DNA of 63,846 nt, filler included, from Octopus bimaculoides (lineage: Eukaryota): assembly GCF_001194135.2 (NCBI RefSeq). It is 6 parts of 6 records of this genome, joined end to end, with 100 filler letters (N's around TTAATTAATTAA, not from the genome) between each part and the next. Parts side by side here need not be neighbours in the genome. Positions count along the whole stretch, not along the records: positions 1 to 20,410 come from NC_068989.1; 5 more parts are not named here. One strand, 5' to 3'. The notes below the pieces were generated by a model. It saw nothing but the letters and a program-made list of their open reading frames with translations. It made no database searches and was not told the origin of the DNA. Below, piece after piece: positions 1 to 11,194 of this stretch; the stretch's first letter is position 1; the number at the start of each line of letters is the position of its first letter. The position numbers were made by a program, and so were the translations under genes.

Positions 1-397
1 CAAGCCAAGTAAGATCGTTGCCAGTGCCCCTGGACTGGTTCTTGTGCGGGTGGCACATGAGATGCACCATTTTGAGCGTGGCCGTTGTCAGTACCGCCTG
101 ACTGGCTCCTGTAGGATTTTCGAGCGAGATCGTTGCCAGTGCCCCTGGACTGGCTTGTGCGGGTGGCACATAAAAGACACCATTTCGAGCGTGGCCGTTT
201 TCGTGCGGGTGACACGTAAAAGCACCCACTACACTCTCTGAGTGGTTGGCGTTAGGAAGGGCATAAAGCTGTAGAAACTCTGCAAAATAAGACTGGAGCC
301 TGGTGTTGCCATCCGGTTTCACCAGTCCTCAGTCAAATCGTCCAACCCATGCTAGCATGGAAAGCAGACGTTAAACGATGATGATGATGATGATGAT
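1..397 (+). mobile_element. 3' end of an RTE-type LINE (or RTE-tail-derived repeat) ending in (GAT)n
   Basis: Conserved tail ...ccaacccatgctagcatggaaagc(a/g)gacgttaaacgatgatgat, shared with copies at ~1100-1400, 16666-16715 and 63241-63408(-). Internal ~110-bp duplication of agatcgttgccagtgcccctggactgg. RTE assignment is from family recollection. Confidence 0.7.
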
Positions 398-879
398 AAC
401 CATGATGATGATATATATTTGTTATATGCAATACAAGCATCATTAATTTAAATAGCCATGTATGTATCCTACTTAATGTAAATACATCATTGAAAGGTAA
501 CTTACTACAGTATTGATCCAGAAGTAACATCTCTTATGGATTTACTGTGTTTAAAAACACAATATATAAGGAGACAAAAAGCATCCCAACGTTTTAAAGG
601 GTTTCTCAATCTGGTAGTTGAATGATGCATGAAAATATTTCACAGCCTACAATAAAAATTCCTCTCATTGTAATTTTTATTAAAAATATGTAAAATTCAC
701 TCTACAAACCTCTATCTTTTGACAAGGCTTTCCATCTATCTACCATTATAAAAATACCAGAAGGCAACGCTTTCTTCTGTAGCTGAACAAGCTTGACGTT
801 CCATTGAATTTGAACTTTAAAAGATATGTGTATGTGTTCATATGCACACACACACACAGTGTAGACACAACTACAACTT

Positions 880-1085
880 TGTAGGTCTTGAGATTTATTG
901 ACAGTCTGTTGGAGGACTTCCACAGTCAGTCTTCCAAATGCTTGCTGGCCTTGTGGATTCTGGATAGGATTTTACTGTTCAGTGGTCCATCAGCTGAGAT
1001 TGTACTGCCAAGATACTTGAAGCTCTCCACACACTTCAGCTGGACTCCCTCAGTGATAATATTTGGCTGGGGGTGAATTATGTTT
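880..1085 (-). mobile_element. RTE-clade LINE ORF2 fragment (post-RT region), degenerate
   Basis: Minus-strand translation EGVQLKCVESFKYLGSTISADGPLNSKILSRIHKAS matches the typical RTE FKYLGSTIS.DG...RI.KAS motif. Confidence 0.75.
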
Positions 1086-1099
1086 GGGATTGCTTAGAC

Positions 1100-1400
1100 T
1101 AGGCACCAATGTTGGTGACATGTAAAAAATACCATTCAAGCATGGCCGATGTCAGTGTCACCTGACTGGCATGTAAAAAACACCATTTGAGCATGGCTGA
1201 TGCCAGTGCCACCTGACTGGCTCCCATAAAAAGCACCCACTACACTCGTGGAGTGGTTGGCATTAGGAAGGGCATCCAGCTGTAGAAACCTTGCCAAATC
1301 AGATTGGAGCCTGGTGCAGCCTCCTGGCCTGCCAGTTCTCAGTTAAACCTTTCCACCCATGCTAGCATGGAAAGTGGATGTTAAACAACGATGATGATGA
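1100..1400 (+). mobile_element. Second, diverged copy of the RTE-type 3' tail
   Basis: aaagcacccactacactc..gagtggttggcattaggaagggcatccagctgtagaaac...cccatgctagcatggaaagtggatgttaaac..gatgatgat, homologous to 220-397. Confidence 0.7.
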
Positions 1401-1404
1401 GAAT

Positions 1405-1800
1405 GATTACAAATATAAGTGGCTGAAATGGAGTTCCTCTGAAGGATCTCTGGAGTAACACTATTCAGCTAGATGCATAGCTCAGAGATCAGGGACTCTC
1501 TCCATGTTAAGCAACTACTTCTCTGCATTGAGATACCAGTTCCAGTACTATAGACATATGACATTTTAAATGTCACAAGAAAGAATTGTAAGATGGATTC
1601 TTCAAGCTAAGCCAACTGAAAGGTAAATCAAGAATAAGATGGCTGGATAATATTCATAGCCTCAGTTGGTCATGCTTACAGATCAGATCCATCCAGGAAG
1701 TCTAATGATAGTTGCTTCTGATATGACCCTATGAAAGAGGTGTCTGAGGATTCTACCTTCATGACCCTCCAAGGAATAGTATTGAAGACAGATGGATAGA
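1405..1800 (+). mobile_element. Degenerate RTE-like ORF2 C-terminal fragment
   Basis: Broken translation AEMEFL*RISGVTL...SQERIVRWILQAKPT...RIRWLDNIHSLSWS. Same family as 8780-9255(-). Confidence 0.6.
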
Positions 1801-4800
1801 ATTTTAGGAAAGTAGGATTTCATTCAAACTGAGATGGAGCTCAGAATATTAAAACTGAGCCAAAACCAAACAAAATTTTTTTACTCAAATTTCAAGAGTT
1901 TGTTTAGCGAATTTCTAAAAATTAGACATTAACACAACTCTCAAATTGATGTGCTATTTTAATAAAATAATGGATAAGGGGAAATAGCTTACACGTGTTT
2001 ACAGTATAATTTAAGTTATTTTCTTTCATATTTCTCAATTTTATATTAATTAAAGCCGTTAGTTTCTCCAGTCGTTGCCCAACACACTTCACTGAATCGT
2101 CATGTGTGTTGCAGTAATTTCATTTAGCCTTGATCCAGCACAACTTTGATTAAATAATTCTGTTTTCTTTTTGTTCTGTGCATCTAGGACAACATGTCAT
2201 TCCTTTTCAAAATGCTTCTCAAAGCTGATGATTTTGCTACCATTTATAATGGGTTAAATATGCTAGAAGAGTACAATGCCTGTACTTTTTTTTATTGCAA
2301 TGTAAAATCAGCACGGTTAACTGAAACCTTAACAAGCCCTTTAGTATTGTTTTTGTGGACATTTAAAATAACTGAAATTCTGAAAGGTCATCATTTACAA
2401 AGGATTTCTTCAGTGGGATCACATCAACAATGCATCTTTCCATTTTTTAAACTCTATGGTTTGATTTTAATGATATTAAACAACTATTTCTAGCAAATTA
2501 AATGACTATCTTAAAGGTTCTGGGTCATGGTTTAACATTCCACAATAACTGAAACAAACAGAAAATACTACTGCTATCACTATTGTGGTGTGCTTCATGT
2601 AAATTGTACATATATGAAAAATTTACAAGTATTTATTCACTTTTTCAGACATAGCAAGGAAAATGAAACTAGTTCATTCAGTGTTAGCTTTGCAATAAAA
2701 ACTACTGTCACGTCCCCATTATGACATTAAAGAACACACCAAGTCTTACAATGAAGACACTTTTTTTAAGATAGCTTACACTCTGTAACTTCAAACATTC
2801 TTTGTACTGACAAGCTCCAGTTATTTGGTGACCTGATACTTGTGAAGATTCTGATTTGATGGGTTGGTGCATAAAACAATGCATTCTTACATGTTTCACA
2901 AAAATTGTAATTTTTAGCTGCTGCTCTATTTTTCTCCCCAGAGCTAAGGTATATTGAGACTTCTTTTAAATTATTTGTGTACTTACCACTTTCAATGAAA
3001 CATTAAAAGTAGTTTGGTTTAGTCTTTCTGGTATGTTTTAGTTACATTATCAAGAAACACTTGGAGCTTGTTATATATTGAGAGCTGATATATACAAAGT
3101 AATTCATGAGGTCACTCCCCAGTGCAAAATTTCACTGCGAAAACTCAGCAATAAAACTACAGGGAAATAAAACTACAATATATGTAACACAGTGTATAGA
3201 TTTATTTATAACTTATTGCTTATAAATGTATTTACAATATTATGTCTTTTTATTTACTTCGGTTTCACCAAGATATACAAACTGCAGAAACAAATAATTC
3301 ATGTTCATAAAAAAATTTTTTATTTACAATATATCAAAAATTAAATCAATTTCCTTTTGGCAGTGACATGCATTAAATACATCAAACTGTTTGATTTTTT
3401 TCAATTTTTTAATAAAGAAATTGTCAGCACTCAGTATCTTTGTGAGAAGGAAAATAATACATAATACTAACTTAACTTCTCTATAAATTTTAGTGAATAA
3501 AAAATAGCAATTGTGAAATTAATGTCATCAATAATGTAATCTTACCAACATGCAATTGGTAAACTCAAAATACTTAAATGCTAAAATGGGTATTTAGGTA
3601 AATTAAAACATAAAATTTCAGAGAATATATAAATCTGAAAACAAGAAATATATAAGTTCTTTGAAAAAAAAAGGGAATATCTTGTTTTCTATTTTTCTTT
3701 TTTACTTTTCTAGTAGCCATTATACAGAGAAATTAAATGATACTTGAAAATTAAATATATATCTTTAAACAAGTAAATGTTCTCACTATTTCTACAAGGA
3801 GAGCCAATACTATGTCATTAGATATAGTTCTTTTTTATTCACCTCATCTTTGTATCTTACAGAAAGTGAACAGCTGTTGTGTCAAAAAGAACAGAGTGAA
3901 GAGTTTATAGGGAAAGTATCATACTCATTTACACATAAACACCGACATATTTTGATGTATACCTCTTCAATAATAGAAGACAACTGTTGCTGTAAATTTG
4001 ACTTAGTAATATATGCACAAAACTTTATTATATAAAATAACCTAACAGTCCCTCTTGAATTTTTCTGGGATATACAACTTCCACTCGCAAGTGTTGTGTA
4101 TTTCTGCAAAGTTCAGATATTGCCAAAAATAGTAATTTAACCAGGACCACTCTTTTTAGGAGCATGTTTTAACATAATGCAATGTGTCCTTCCTTCTTAA
4201 GCTCACAGGGTGTAATTTGGTTACTTTTTCTAGCAAGTTGAGCAACCACTCCCTACATGCTAGATAAATCAAACTGGTCACTATAATATCTGAATTTAAA
4301 TAGAGGAATTTCTTTTAACATAACAAAATGACAGTAACTGGAGCTATCCTAACATTATCAACAAAATATTTATACAAGCACAGTAAGTGTCGCTGCTTCT
4401 CATATTAGCAATGCTGCCTACTGGAGTGATGTTTGAAATCAATGAGCCATTCAAAAAATATCATTCTTTATGTCTGTTAATATAATGGATTTGAGACAAT
4501 GAAAAGTTGTAAAATGACACAGAATGTTTTTGAAGTCTGTATGACTTATTAAAATATGTAAAATGATGATTTCTTTCAACTAAAGCAAAGAAACATATAT
4601 CAAAGAATTACCCAATATTGTTCATTAAGAAAACTGTTGAAAGACTTTAAGATGAATAATGATGGCAGTGTTAGAGTATGAAGAAAAATTGCTTGACTAA
4701 TCAAAAAGGTAAGAATCAAACAGCCTTTTCTTTTTCATTCAAAGCTGAAAAATAAAAAAAGTTTTAGATGTTAAATTCTAAATGAAGCTCAAAAATGAAA

Positions 4801-5819
4801 TTAGTTTGTTTCATTTTTCAGAGAAATTTTACAAGAAATATACTTTAGATTGAGTTGGAGGACCACTGACAGATGAAGTCTTTAAAAGTCCATTTGAAAA
4901 AAATGCATTAAGTCTGAAGTAATTTAATATAATTTCAAATCTATGAATTTGTGAAACTTAAGATTTCATTATTTTTTTCAACATCAATTTACTCAAGGTA
5001 CTAAAAAGTTCTCCACTCCTTCTTTAGATGAAAGATTTAAACAGAGAAGTATTTTTCTTCTCTGCAATGTTTGTTTTCTGGGTTGTTAATCTTAAATTTT
5101 GCATTTTTATCCAATACATTAACTGAACAGTCTCAATGAACCTATAAAGGTCATGGCACTTTCTATTCCTCTAGATTCAGCAAATATAAAAGAAAAAACA
5201 TATTAGGACTTAATTAACTAAACCCATATGTTACAAAAGTTTGCCATGATTAGTATATCATGTTTTAGTTTCAAGTTAGACAAAATTCAACAAAAATAGT
5301 CTGTAACTGAAAACATTAAAAGTCAAAACTAACTTTCTCTTAAAATATTCTGATCTTCACATTCTTGCTCTATTTCTATAGAATACCAATATGTTCAACC
5401 AAAAACCTGTCAGACAACACCTCTTTACTACTTTGAAATTTAATTATGAAAACATTTTATCATTAGTTTAAAGTGTCCTTTTACTTTTCCCTCTAAACTT
5501 TTCATAATTTTTTAGGCTTTATTTTATTTAGGGCAATGATATTGATGCACACAACAACTTTAGACAGTTTTGGAGTTTCACTTCATTTATCATATCACCA
5601 GCACAAATAAGCAATGAACTATTTGTCACCACATCCAACAATGCCCACCTTGATGCAGTTGATATAACCTTTCATTTCTCTCTAACCTTTCGCAAACATG
5701 CTTCATCTACATGCCAAACTTGCAGTGACTTCACGAAAGCATCCTCCAGTTGTAGTGGTGGTAGTAGAGGTATCAATCTTATCTTTTAACAGAAAAAAAA
5801 AATTAACAAAACATTACCA

Positions 5820-6330
5820 CATACCTCTCCAAGCATGAGAAGCACTCAGGTAAAGCCCTCATGGTCACTCCAAATGTAGACCTCACTATCACCAAGGATC
5901 TTACATGGTAAAAGCACATCCTTAATAGGATGTGAAAACTGGCCCCTCTTTTCAGAGCAGAATATATTTCAGTCACAATAGTTATTGACACTCAGTATGG
6001 CTTGACTGAGGGCCACAATGGTATACTGCACTTACATCTAAGATGGTGCTACTGCTACATACAGACAGATCCAGAAAAAGGTCACATAACTGATTGGCTC
6101 TGATCCTCAGATTTGCTGTCTCCCCTTTTTATCACTACTATAATGACTCCTGTTTCTCAAAGCTGGCTAGTTTCATACTACCCCACTTGCTCCATACTAA
6201 CCATTACACTCAGTCCTTCCTTCCAATTATATCATCCCTCTGGAATCTTCTTCCTTCTCATGTCTTTTCTGCAGGTGTTGACCTGCTAGAGTTTAAAAGG
6301 AACATTAACAGTATCAAACTCAAAGAACCT
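5820..6330 (+). mobile_element. CR1-like LINE ORF2 3' fragment
   Basis: Translation LTITKDLTW*KHI... and ...HTNHYTQSFLPIISSLWNLLPSHVFSAGVDLLEFKRNIN resembles the CR1 C-terminal SFF....LWN.LP...FK motif. Confidence 0.65.
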
Positions 6331-6552
6331 ATAAACGTTATATATAAACAAAATTAAAACATACAAGGACTTAATCAGTTAACTAAACCCATTCTTTACA
6401 AAAGTTGTCTTGATTGGTACCTAATGGTTTAATTTCAAATCAGACGAAATTCAATAAAAAAAATTGCCTGTAACTGAAGATATCAAAGGTCAAAATTAAA
6501 CTTTTTCTAAAAATATTGAAATTGTTTATAATTATAATTATTACTATTATTA

Positions 6553-6660
6553 TTATCTAAACTTACACTTAAAATTTTTCCAAGGATCTTCTAGCATAGA
6601 TGGCTTAAAATAATTTGCAATATTATCATCACTGAAAGATCTGCTGTTATTAAAACTGAC
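6553..6660 (-). CDS. MPLKIP: MPLKIP/TTDN1 orthologue, coding exon 2 (VSFNNSRSFSDDNIANYFKPSMLEDPWKNFKCKFR*)
   Basis: Acceptor ttttctttttctactttcag| ends at 6661 and is phase 0. The exon encodes NYFKPSMLEDPW, the signature C-terminal motif of human MPLKIP (ENYFKPSMLEDPW). Stop TAA at 6555-6553. Too short for the ORF track. Confidence 0.9.
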   Translation of the reverse strand, partial: VSFNNSRSFSDDNIANYFKPSMLEDPWKNFKCKFR

Positions 6661-7139
6661 CTGAAAGTAGAAAAAGAAAATACTTTACAATGCAAGTTCA
6701 AGTAATTTGTCCGCCAAATAAATTAGTCACTAAATCCTATGTTAACAAATACTTATTTTTCTTGTTCATAATCTCTGAAGAGCGTGGGGGACAAAAACAA
6801 GTGTAAATGTAATGTTCCTACATTACCCTAACCCAGAATCTCTGTGATTAATATAAAACTAATACGTAAATATTTAAATTTTCTGAACAAAAAATCAGTA
6901 AATAGAAATTAAGGACTCCCTACTTTTGCAAGCCCTGCGGCACCACAACTGTCGGTAGTAAAAGCTATTCTGTTTTCGTTTCGGTTTTTCATGTGAAGCA
7001 ACATGTTTTATACATTCCCCATTTCGTTGAATTGCGCTGAAATTCTTCACATGTACTAATTTATTATTTGTCTTTAGTTTAGTATAATTGTACACAGTAA
7101 AAGAGTATAATTTTATTATAGAATCTATATAAGGTGACA

Positions 7140-7310
7140 AGTTAGCTGAGTCGTAAGAGTAGTCAACTACAATGGATGGTGGTCATCGTTCCAGCTCACT
7201 AAGCTCTTGGTTCAAATCTCGCCGAAGTCAACTTTGCTTTTCAACTGTTCGGAGTCAATAAATAAAGCACTACTCTAATACTGGAACCGATTCTTCTCTA
7301 GACTGGAATT
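7140..7310 (+). mobile_element. Degenerate tRNA-derived SINE inside the MPLKIP intron
   Basis: B-box-like ggttcaaatctcgccgaagtcaactttgcttttca, homologous to the SINE at 59979-60190. Confidence 0.55.
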
Positions 7311-8124
7311 CAAAATTGCAATCTTGTCACGCACTATGTCGTACTGATTTGGCCTTGTCCACAGAATACTCAGCCACTTATATGTTCATTTCACAAGTTA
7401 ATAGAATAATTGAATGTTAATCATCGAAGCCGACAGAGAATCCACCACTTCCAATATTTTGTTTTCCGAATTCATCCAAGGATCAGTTTGTCTAAAACGT
7501 TACAATTCCCATCAAATCACGAACTTTAGTTCAAAAGTACGATCGTAAGGTATAATTTACGAATTTTATTTATTTCTTTTTTCCTATTGCAAGCTATTAT
7601 TAGTTTCTTCGGACTCTAGATGCCGCTTTTTAAATCCTATAACCACTTGCTTTCTCGGGTGATCTACAATGAATATCAAGTTTCACATATGATTCATTTA
7701 CATCTACTCACTCGTTCATAATACCTTTCTATGCCCCCCCTCCCCAAATATGAATGGAAAATACACGAAGTGAAACTTCTGACCCCCTAATTGACTGCTG
7801 AAGTCAGAAATGTTTGATAGACTGCAAGAAACAGTAAATCGGGGTGAATATAACTACCAAAGCAATACTTATTCGAAGATCTTAAAACTTAATTCTTTGA
7901 GTGCGTTCTGTAATTTTATTGAACACTCACAATATATATACACATATATGTACATGTTTGCGCGCGCACGAGCATGCACAACAATTTTTTTCAGTTAAGA
8001 TTATTTTAAAATAAAGACGAATGCAAAATAAGGTTATAGAGAATTTCCAAAAGATAGTCCTTCTTCTCATTCTTCTTTATAAAAGAAAATGAAACGTCAA
8101 AGAAAAAAAAAAGTAAATACCTAC

Positions 8125-8571
8125 TTTAGAACTATAAGGAGTACTGTGACGGGAGTATCTGTCGTTTCTAGTTGCAGGACATCGAGGAATATGACAATTT
8201 TGATCTTGTTGGTAATGAGGGTAAGCAGAACGTGGAGGAAGCAAGGGGTTGCGACAATTGTAAGGGGTTGAAATTGGTGAGTTTATTCGATGAGGATGTC
8301 TTTGTTGAAAATAATGATTTCCACTACGATTGTCATGTCCAAGGGATCGACTCGAATCAGTGGACGATAGATTAGGACTCGAGGAGCAAAGTGGCGAAAC
8401 ATATGACTGGTTATTTGGTGAAAAAGGCGAACCCCATGGTAATTTTGAAGGGCTTCCTCCGCTTGTAGGACTGTCTCCACTAACAGTACTTGGAACTCCA
8501 AACTTATCATCGCTCGATCCACGACTGACGTTAAACAATGCGGGTGAACCCCAACTAGGAGACTCTCCCAT
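8125..8571 (-). CDS. MPLKIP: MPLKIP/TTDN1 orthologue, coding exon 1 (149 aa, S/P/G-rich low-complexity region)
   Basis: ORF 8571-8077 starts MGESPSWGSP and contains 9 SP and 2 STP motifs. Donor aaa|GTAGGT at 8124 is phase 0 and joins exon 2 in frame. The joined product is 184 aa, close to the ~179-aa human protein. Confidence 0.85.
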
Positions 8572-8672
8572 GATTTATACAATTATTTTAAGGATAGGTA
8601 AATATGATCCTGACAATGATAAATATCAAATTCAATTTGGGAACATAAAGAAATTCACACAACAAATCTAAT

Positions 8673-8701
8673 ACTTCCGGGTCCCACGAGTGCGCATGCG
8701 T
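8673..8701. promoter_or_regulatory. Candidate housekeeping promoter of MPLKIP (ETS/GABP and NRF1 motifs)
   Basis: acttccgg (CCGGAAGT on minus) at 8673-8680 and tgcgcatgcg at 8691-8700, 100-130 bp upstream of the ATG, forming a GC island in AT-rich DNA. Confidence 0.55.
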
Positions 8702-8779
8702 CTATATTATTTCCGTTTATTTTCAAAATGCTGTCAATATTAGACTTTCTCTCTCTTTCTCTTTTGTTATTTTCTTTAG

Positions 8780-9255
8780 AGAATCCATCCGTCTTCTCCA
8801 CTCATTTTTCTAGGGAAGTTTGTAGAACAGACATCTCTGTAGGATTCAAACAAAAGTAGCCGTCATTAGACTTGCTGACGGGATTCCCAAGGGTGACCAA
8901 CTGAAACTATTATCCAACCATTTCGTGCTTGGTCTACCCCTAGGTCTACTGCTGGATGGCTCGGCTTGAAGAATTTATTTTACAATCCTTTTCTGCAGCA
9001 TTCTAATCACTTGTCCGTTATAGCGGAGCTGTGATCTCTCAATCCATAGAAGCAACGACTCATCTTGTATTGTGTTCGTGGCCTTCACAAATACTGAGAC
9101 TAATATGACCAACAACTACAAGTTGACGGTTGCAGAAAACAAATGGACAGGGAGGGAATTCCGAAGTCGACGCGTTGGCCACGAAAAACGTCATGCCAAT
9201 CAGTCGGGTGATCTGTTGAGGGTAAATTTTGGATCTTTCTGATTTGACGGGCAAC
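8780..9255 (-). mobile_element. Degenerate RTE-like ORF2 3' fragment
   Basis: Minus translation IERSQLRYNGQVIRMLQKRIVK*ILQAEPSSRPRGRPSTKWLDN, i.e. the RTE-type GH/GQ.IRM and R.RGRP..KW.D motifs. Confidence 0.7.
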
Positions 9256-9289
9256 ACTTTTCATTTATGTTTTATGTAGTGTTTTTGGT

Positions 9290-9950
9290 ACCGAAACACT
9301 TTCAAACTTCGTATACTTGTATATTTTGTGTTATAGAACAGATAAAAAATTTTGTATTCGAAGTTATTTTATGTAAAAAAATTGTCGTATTTCGGTAATT
9401 TCAACCAATCACTGACGTCTATTGAGGTGAAAACAATTACTGCCGTGGAATGTAAACAACATGTTCTAACGGTGTCATGGGATCTTTTCCCTTGAATAAA
9501 ATTAGTGCCGTAGTTTGTCAACGACAACTATTGGTGGTACTGTTATTTATGACATCGTTCGTGCGTTTGTACTGGTTTTAGCTTTAGGGTTTTAGGGTTA
9601 CGGTTAGGGTTATGATTATTTTTGCCATAACCTCACTCATAACCCTAACCTTAACCCTAACCCCAACCCTAACCCTAACTCTAACCCTAAAACCCTAAAC
9701 CCTTACTAGGGAATAATGATATAATTAAACAGGGAATAACACTCTTGACGCTGGCAAAAATTATTGTTTACAAAAACAGCAGTAACTGTATTCAGCTGAG
9801 TAGACGTCAGTGATTGGTTGAAATTACAGAAATACGACAACTTTAACATGAAATAACTTATTAAGAAAAAATTTTTGTTAAGAAAGCTAAGAGAAAAAGA
9901 TGTTTTATATGACACATTCTACTAGTATCCCAAGTTTGAAAGTGTTTTGT
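9290..9950. mobile_element. Palindromic (foldback/MITE-like) element with central inverted telomeric arrays
   Basis: Arms pair as aaacactttcaaactt..tatact / agtatcccaagtttgaaagtgttt and ttgtcgtatttcggtaatttcaaccaatcactgacgtcta / tagacgtcagtgattggttgaaattacagaaatacgacaa. (TTAGGG)-like array at 9584-9612 and (CCCTAA)-like array at 9640-9705. Confidence 0.75.
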
Positions 9951-10009
9951 TAAGAAAACAAGTGGTGCCCATCAAATCAGAAAGATCCTAAATTTTTATA
10001 TTAACATCC

Positions 10010-10344
10010 ACACGATTTTCACAGAAACGAAAAATCGGATTTTTTGCGTGGAATCAAGTACCCTGACCTAATATGCTGCAAATCCCTTATTTTGGTTCAG
10101 AAAGGAGGGAGGACCACCCCCATCCCGGAATCATTGGAAATTTCTTTTTGTTTTTCATTGAATGACTTCCTGTGACCTCCTAATATGCTACAAAACCCTT
10201 TTTGAGGTCTGAAAACGGGGTTGGGTGAGGTGGAAGCCTCGGGAATTTCACCCACCCCCACCGCATTGATCATTTCACCCGCACGATTTTCACTAAGGAT
10301 AAAAAAATAATCGGATTTTTTTTGCGTGGAATCAAGTACCCTGA
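10010..10344. repeat. Tandem repeat with a ~272-bp period running into a gap
   Basis: cacgattttcac...aatcggatttttt(t)gcgtggaatcaagtaccctga occurs at ~10010-10066 and ~10282-10344, followed directly by an N gap. Confidence 0.6.
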
Positions 10345-11139
10345 NNNNNNNNNNNNNNNNNNNNNNNNNNNNNNNNNNNNNNNNNNNNNNNNNNNNNNNN
10401 NNNNNNNNNNNNNNNNNNNNNNNNNNNNNNNNNNNNNNNNNNNNNNNNNNNNNNNNNNNNNNNNNNNNNNNNNNNNNNNNNNNNNNNNNNNNNNNNNNNN
10501 NNNNNNNNNNNNNNNNNNNNNNNNNNNNNNNNNNNNNNNNNNNNNNNNNNNNNNNNNNNNNNNNNNNNNNNNNNNNNNNNNNNNNNNNNNNNNNNNNNNN
10601 NNNNNNNNNNNNNNNNNNNNNNNNNNNNNNNNNNNNNNNNNNNNNNNNNNNNNNNNNNNNNNNNNNNNNNNNNNNNNNNNNNNNNNNNNNNNNNNNNNNN
10701 NNNNNNNNNNNNNNNNNNNNNNNNNNNNNNNNNNNNNNNNNNNNNNNNNNNNNNNNNNNNNNNNNNNNNNNNNNNNNNNNNNNNNNNNNNNNNNNNNNNN
10801 NNNNNNNNNNNNNNNNNNNNNNNNNNNNNNNNNNNNNNNNNNNNNNNNNNNNNNNNNNNNNNNNNNNNNNNNNNNNNNNNNNATATATATAATAAAGAAT
10901 GTGACATATTGTGTATATTTGGTATATATATAAATAGAAATAATACATTTCTAAATCTCTCGGAGAGATTTATGCAGTAGTGATACAATAAAGTAGTTGT
11001 ATGCTGTCAACTTAATGTGACTGTCCCATGAAGGGAATAATACTACTGCTATTTAGCCCTAGGAAGTTGTGCGCTGCTTCCTGTTGGCCTTGACACATTT
11101 CCTGTGTCCTTGTTTGCAAGGGGGAGACAAGCACCTGCA

Positions 11140-11182
11140 TCCAGAGGCATGTTTCTGAGTCTTTGCTCATCATCAGTCTGGA
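11140..11182 (-). ncRNA. Minimal type I hammerhead ribozyme, probably inactivated
   Basis: Minus strand TCCAGA-CTGATGA-TGAG(caaaga)CTCA-GAAA-CATG-C-C-TCTGGA. Helix I is a perfect 6 bp and helix III is palindromic, but the cleavage triplet is GCC instead of GUC and the 10.1-11.1 pair is U-A. Confidence 0.7.
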
Positions 11183-11194
11183 GTAGCATGACTT

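Noticed and set aside
305-340. CTGAGGA...GAAAC on the minus strand of the RTE tail
   Set aside because: No helix II can form and the motif is not conserved in the second copy.
8330-8671. Plus-strand ORFs overlapping MPLKIP exon 1
   Set aside because: Antisense shadows of a GC-richer coding exon with no recognisable motifs.
9584-9705. Chromosome end-to-end fusion scar
   Set aside because: The arrays are short and embedded symmetrically in ~300-bp inverted arms, which fits a foldback element better. Not fully excluded without a copy-number check.
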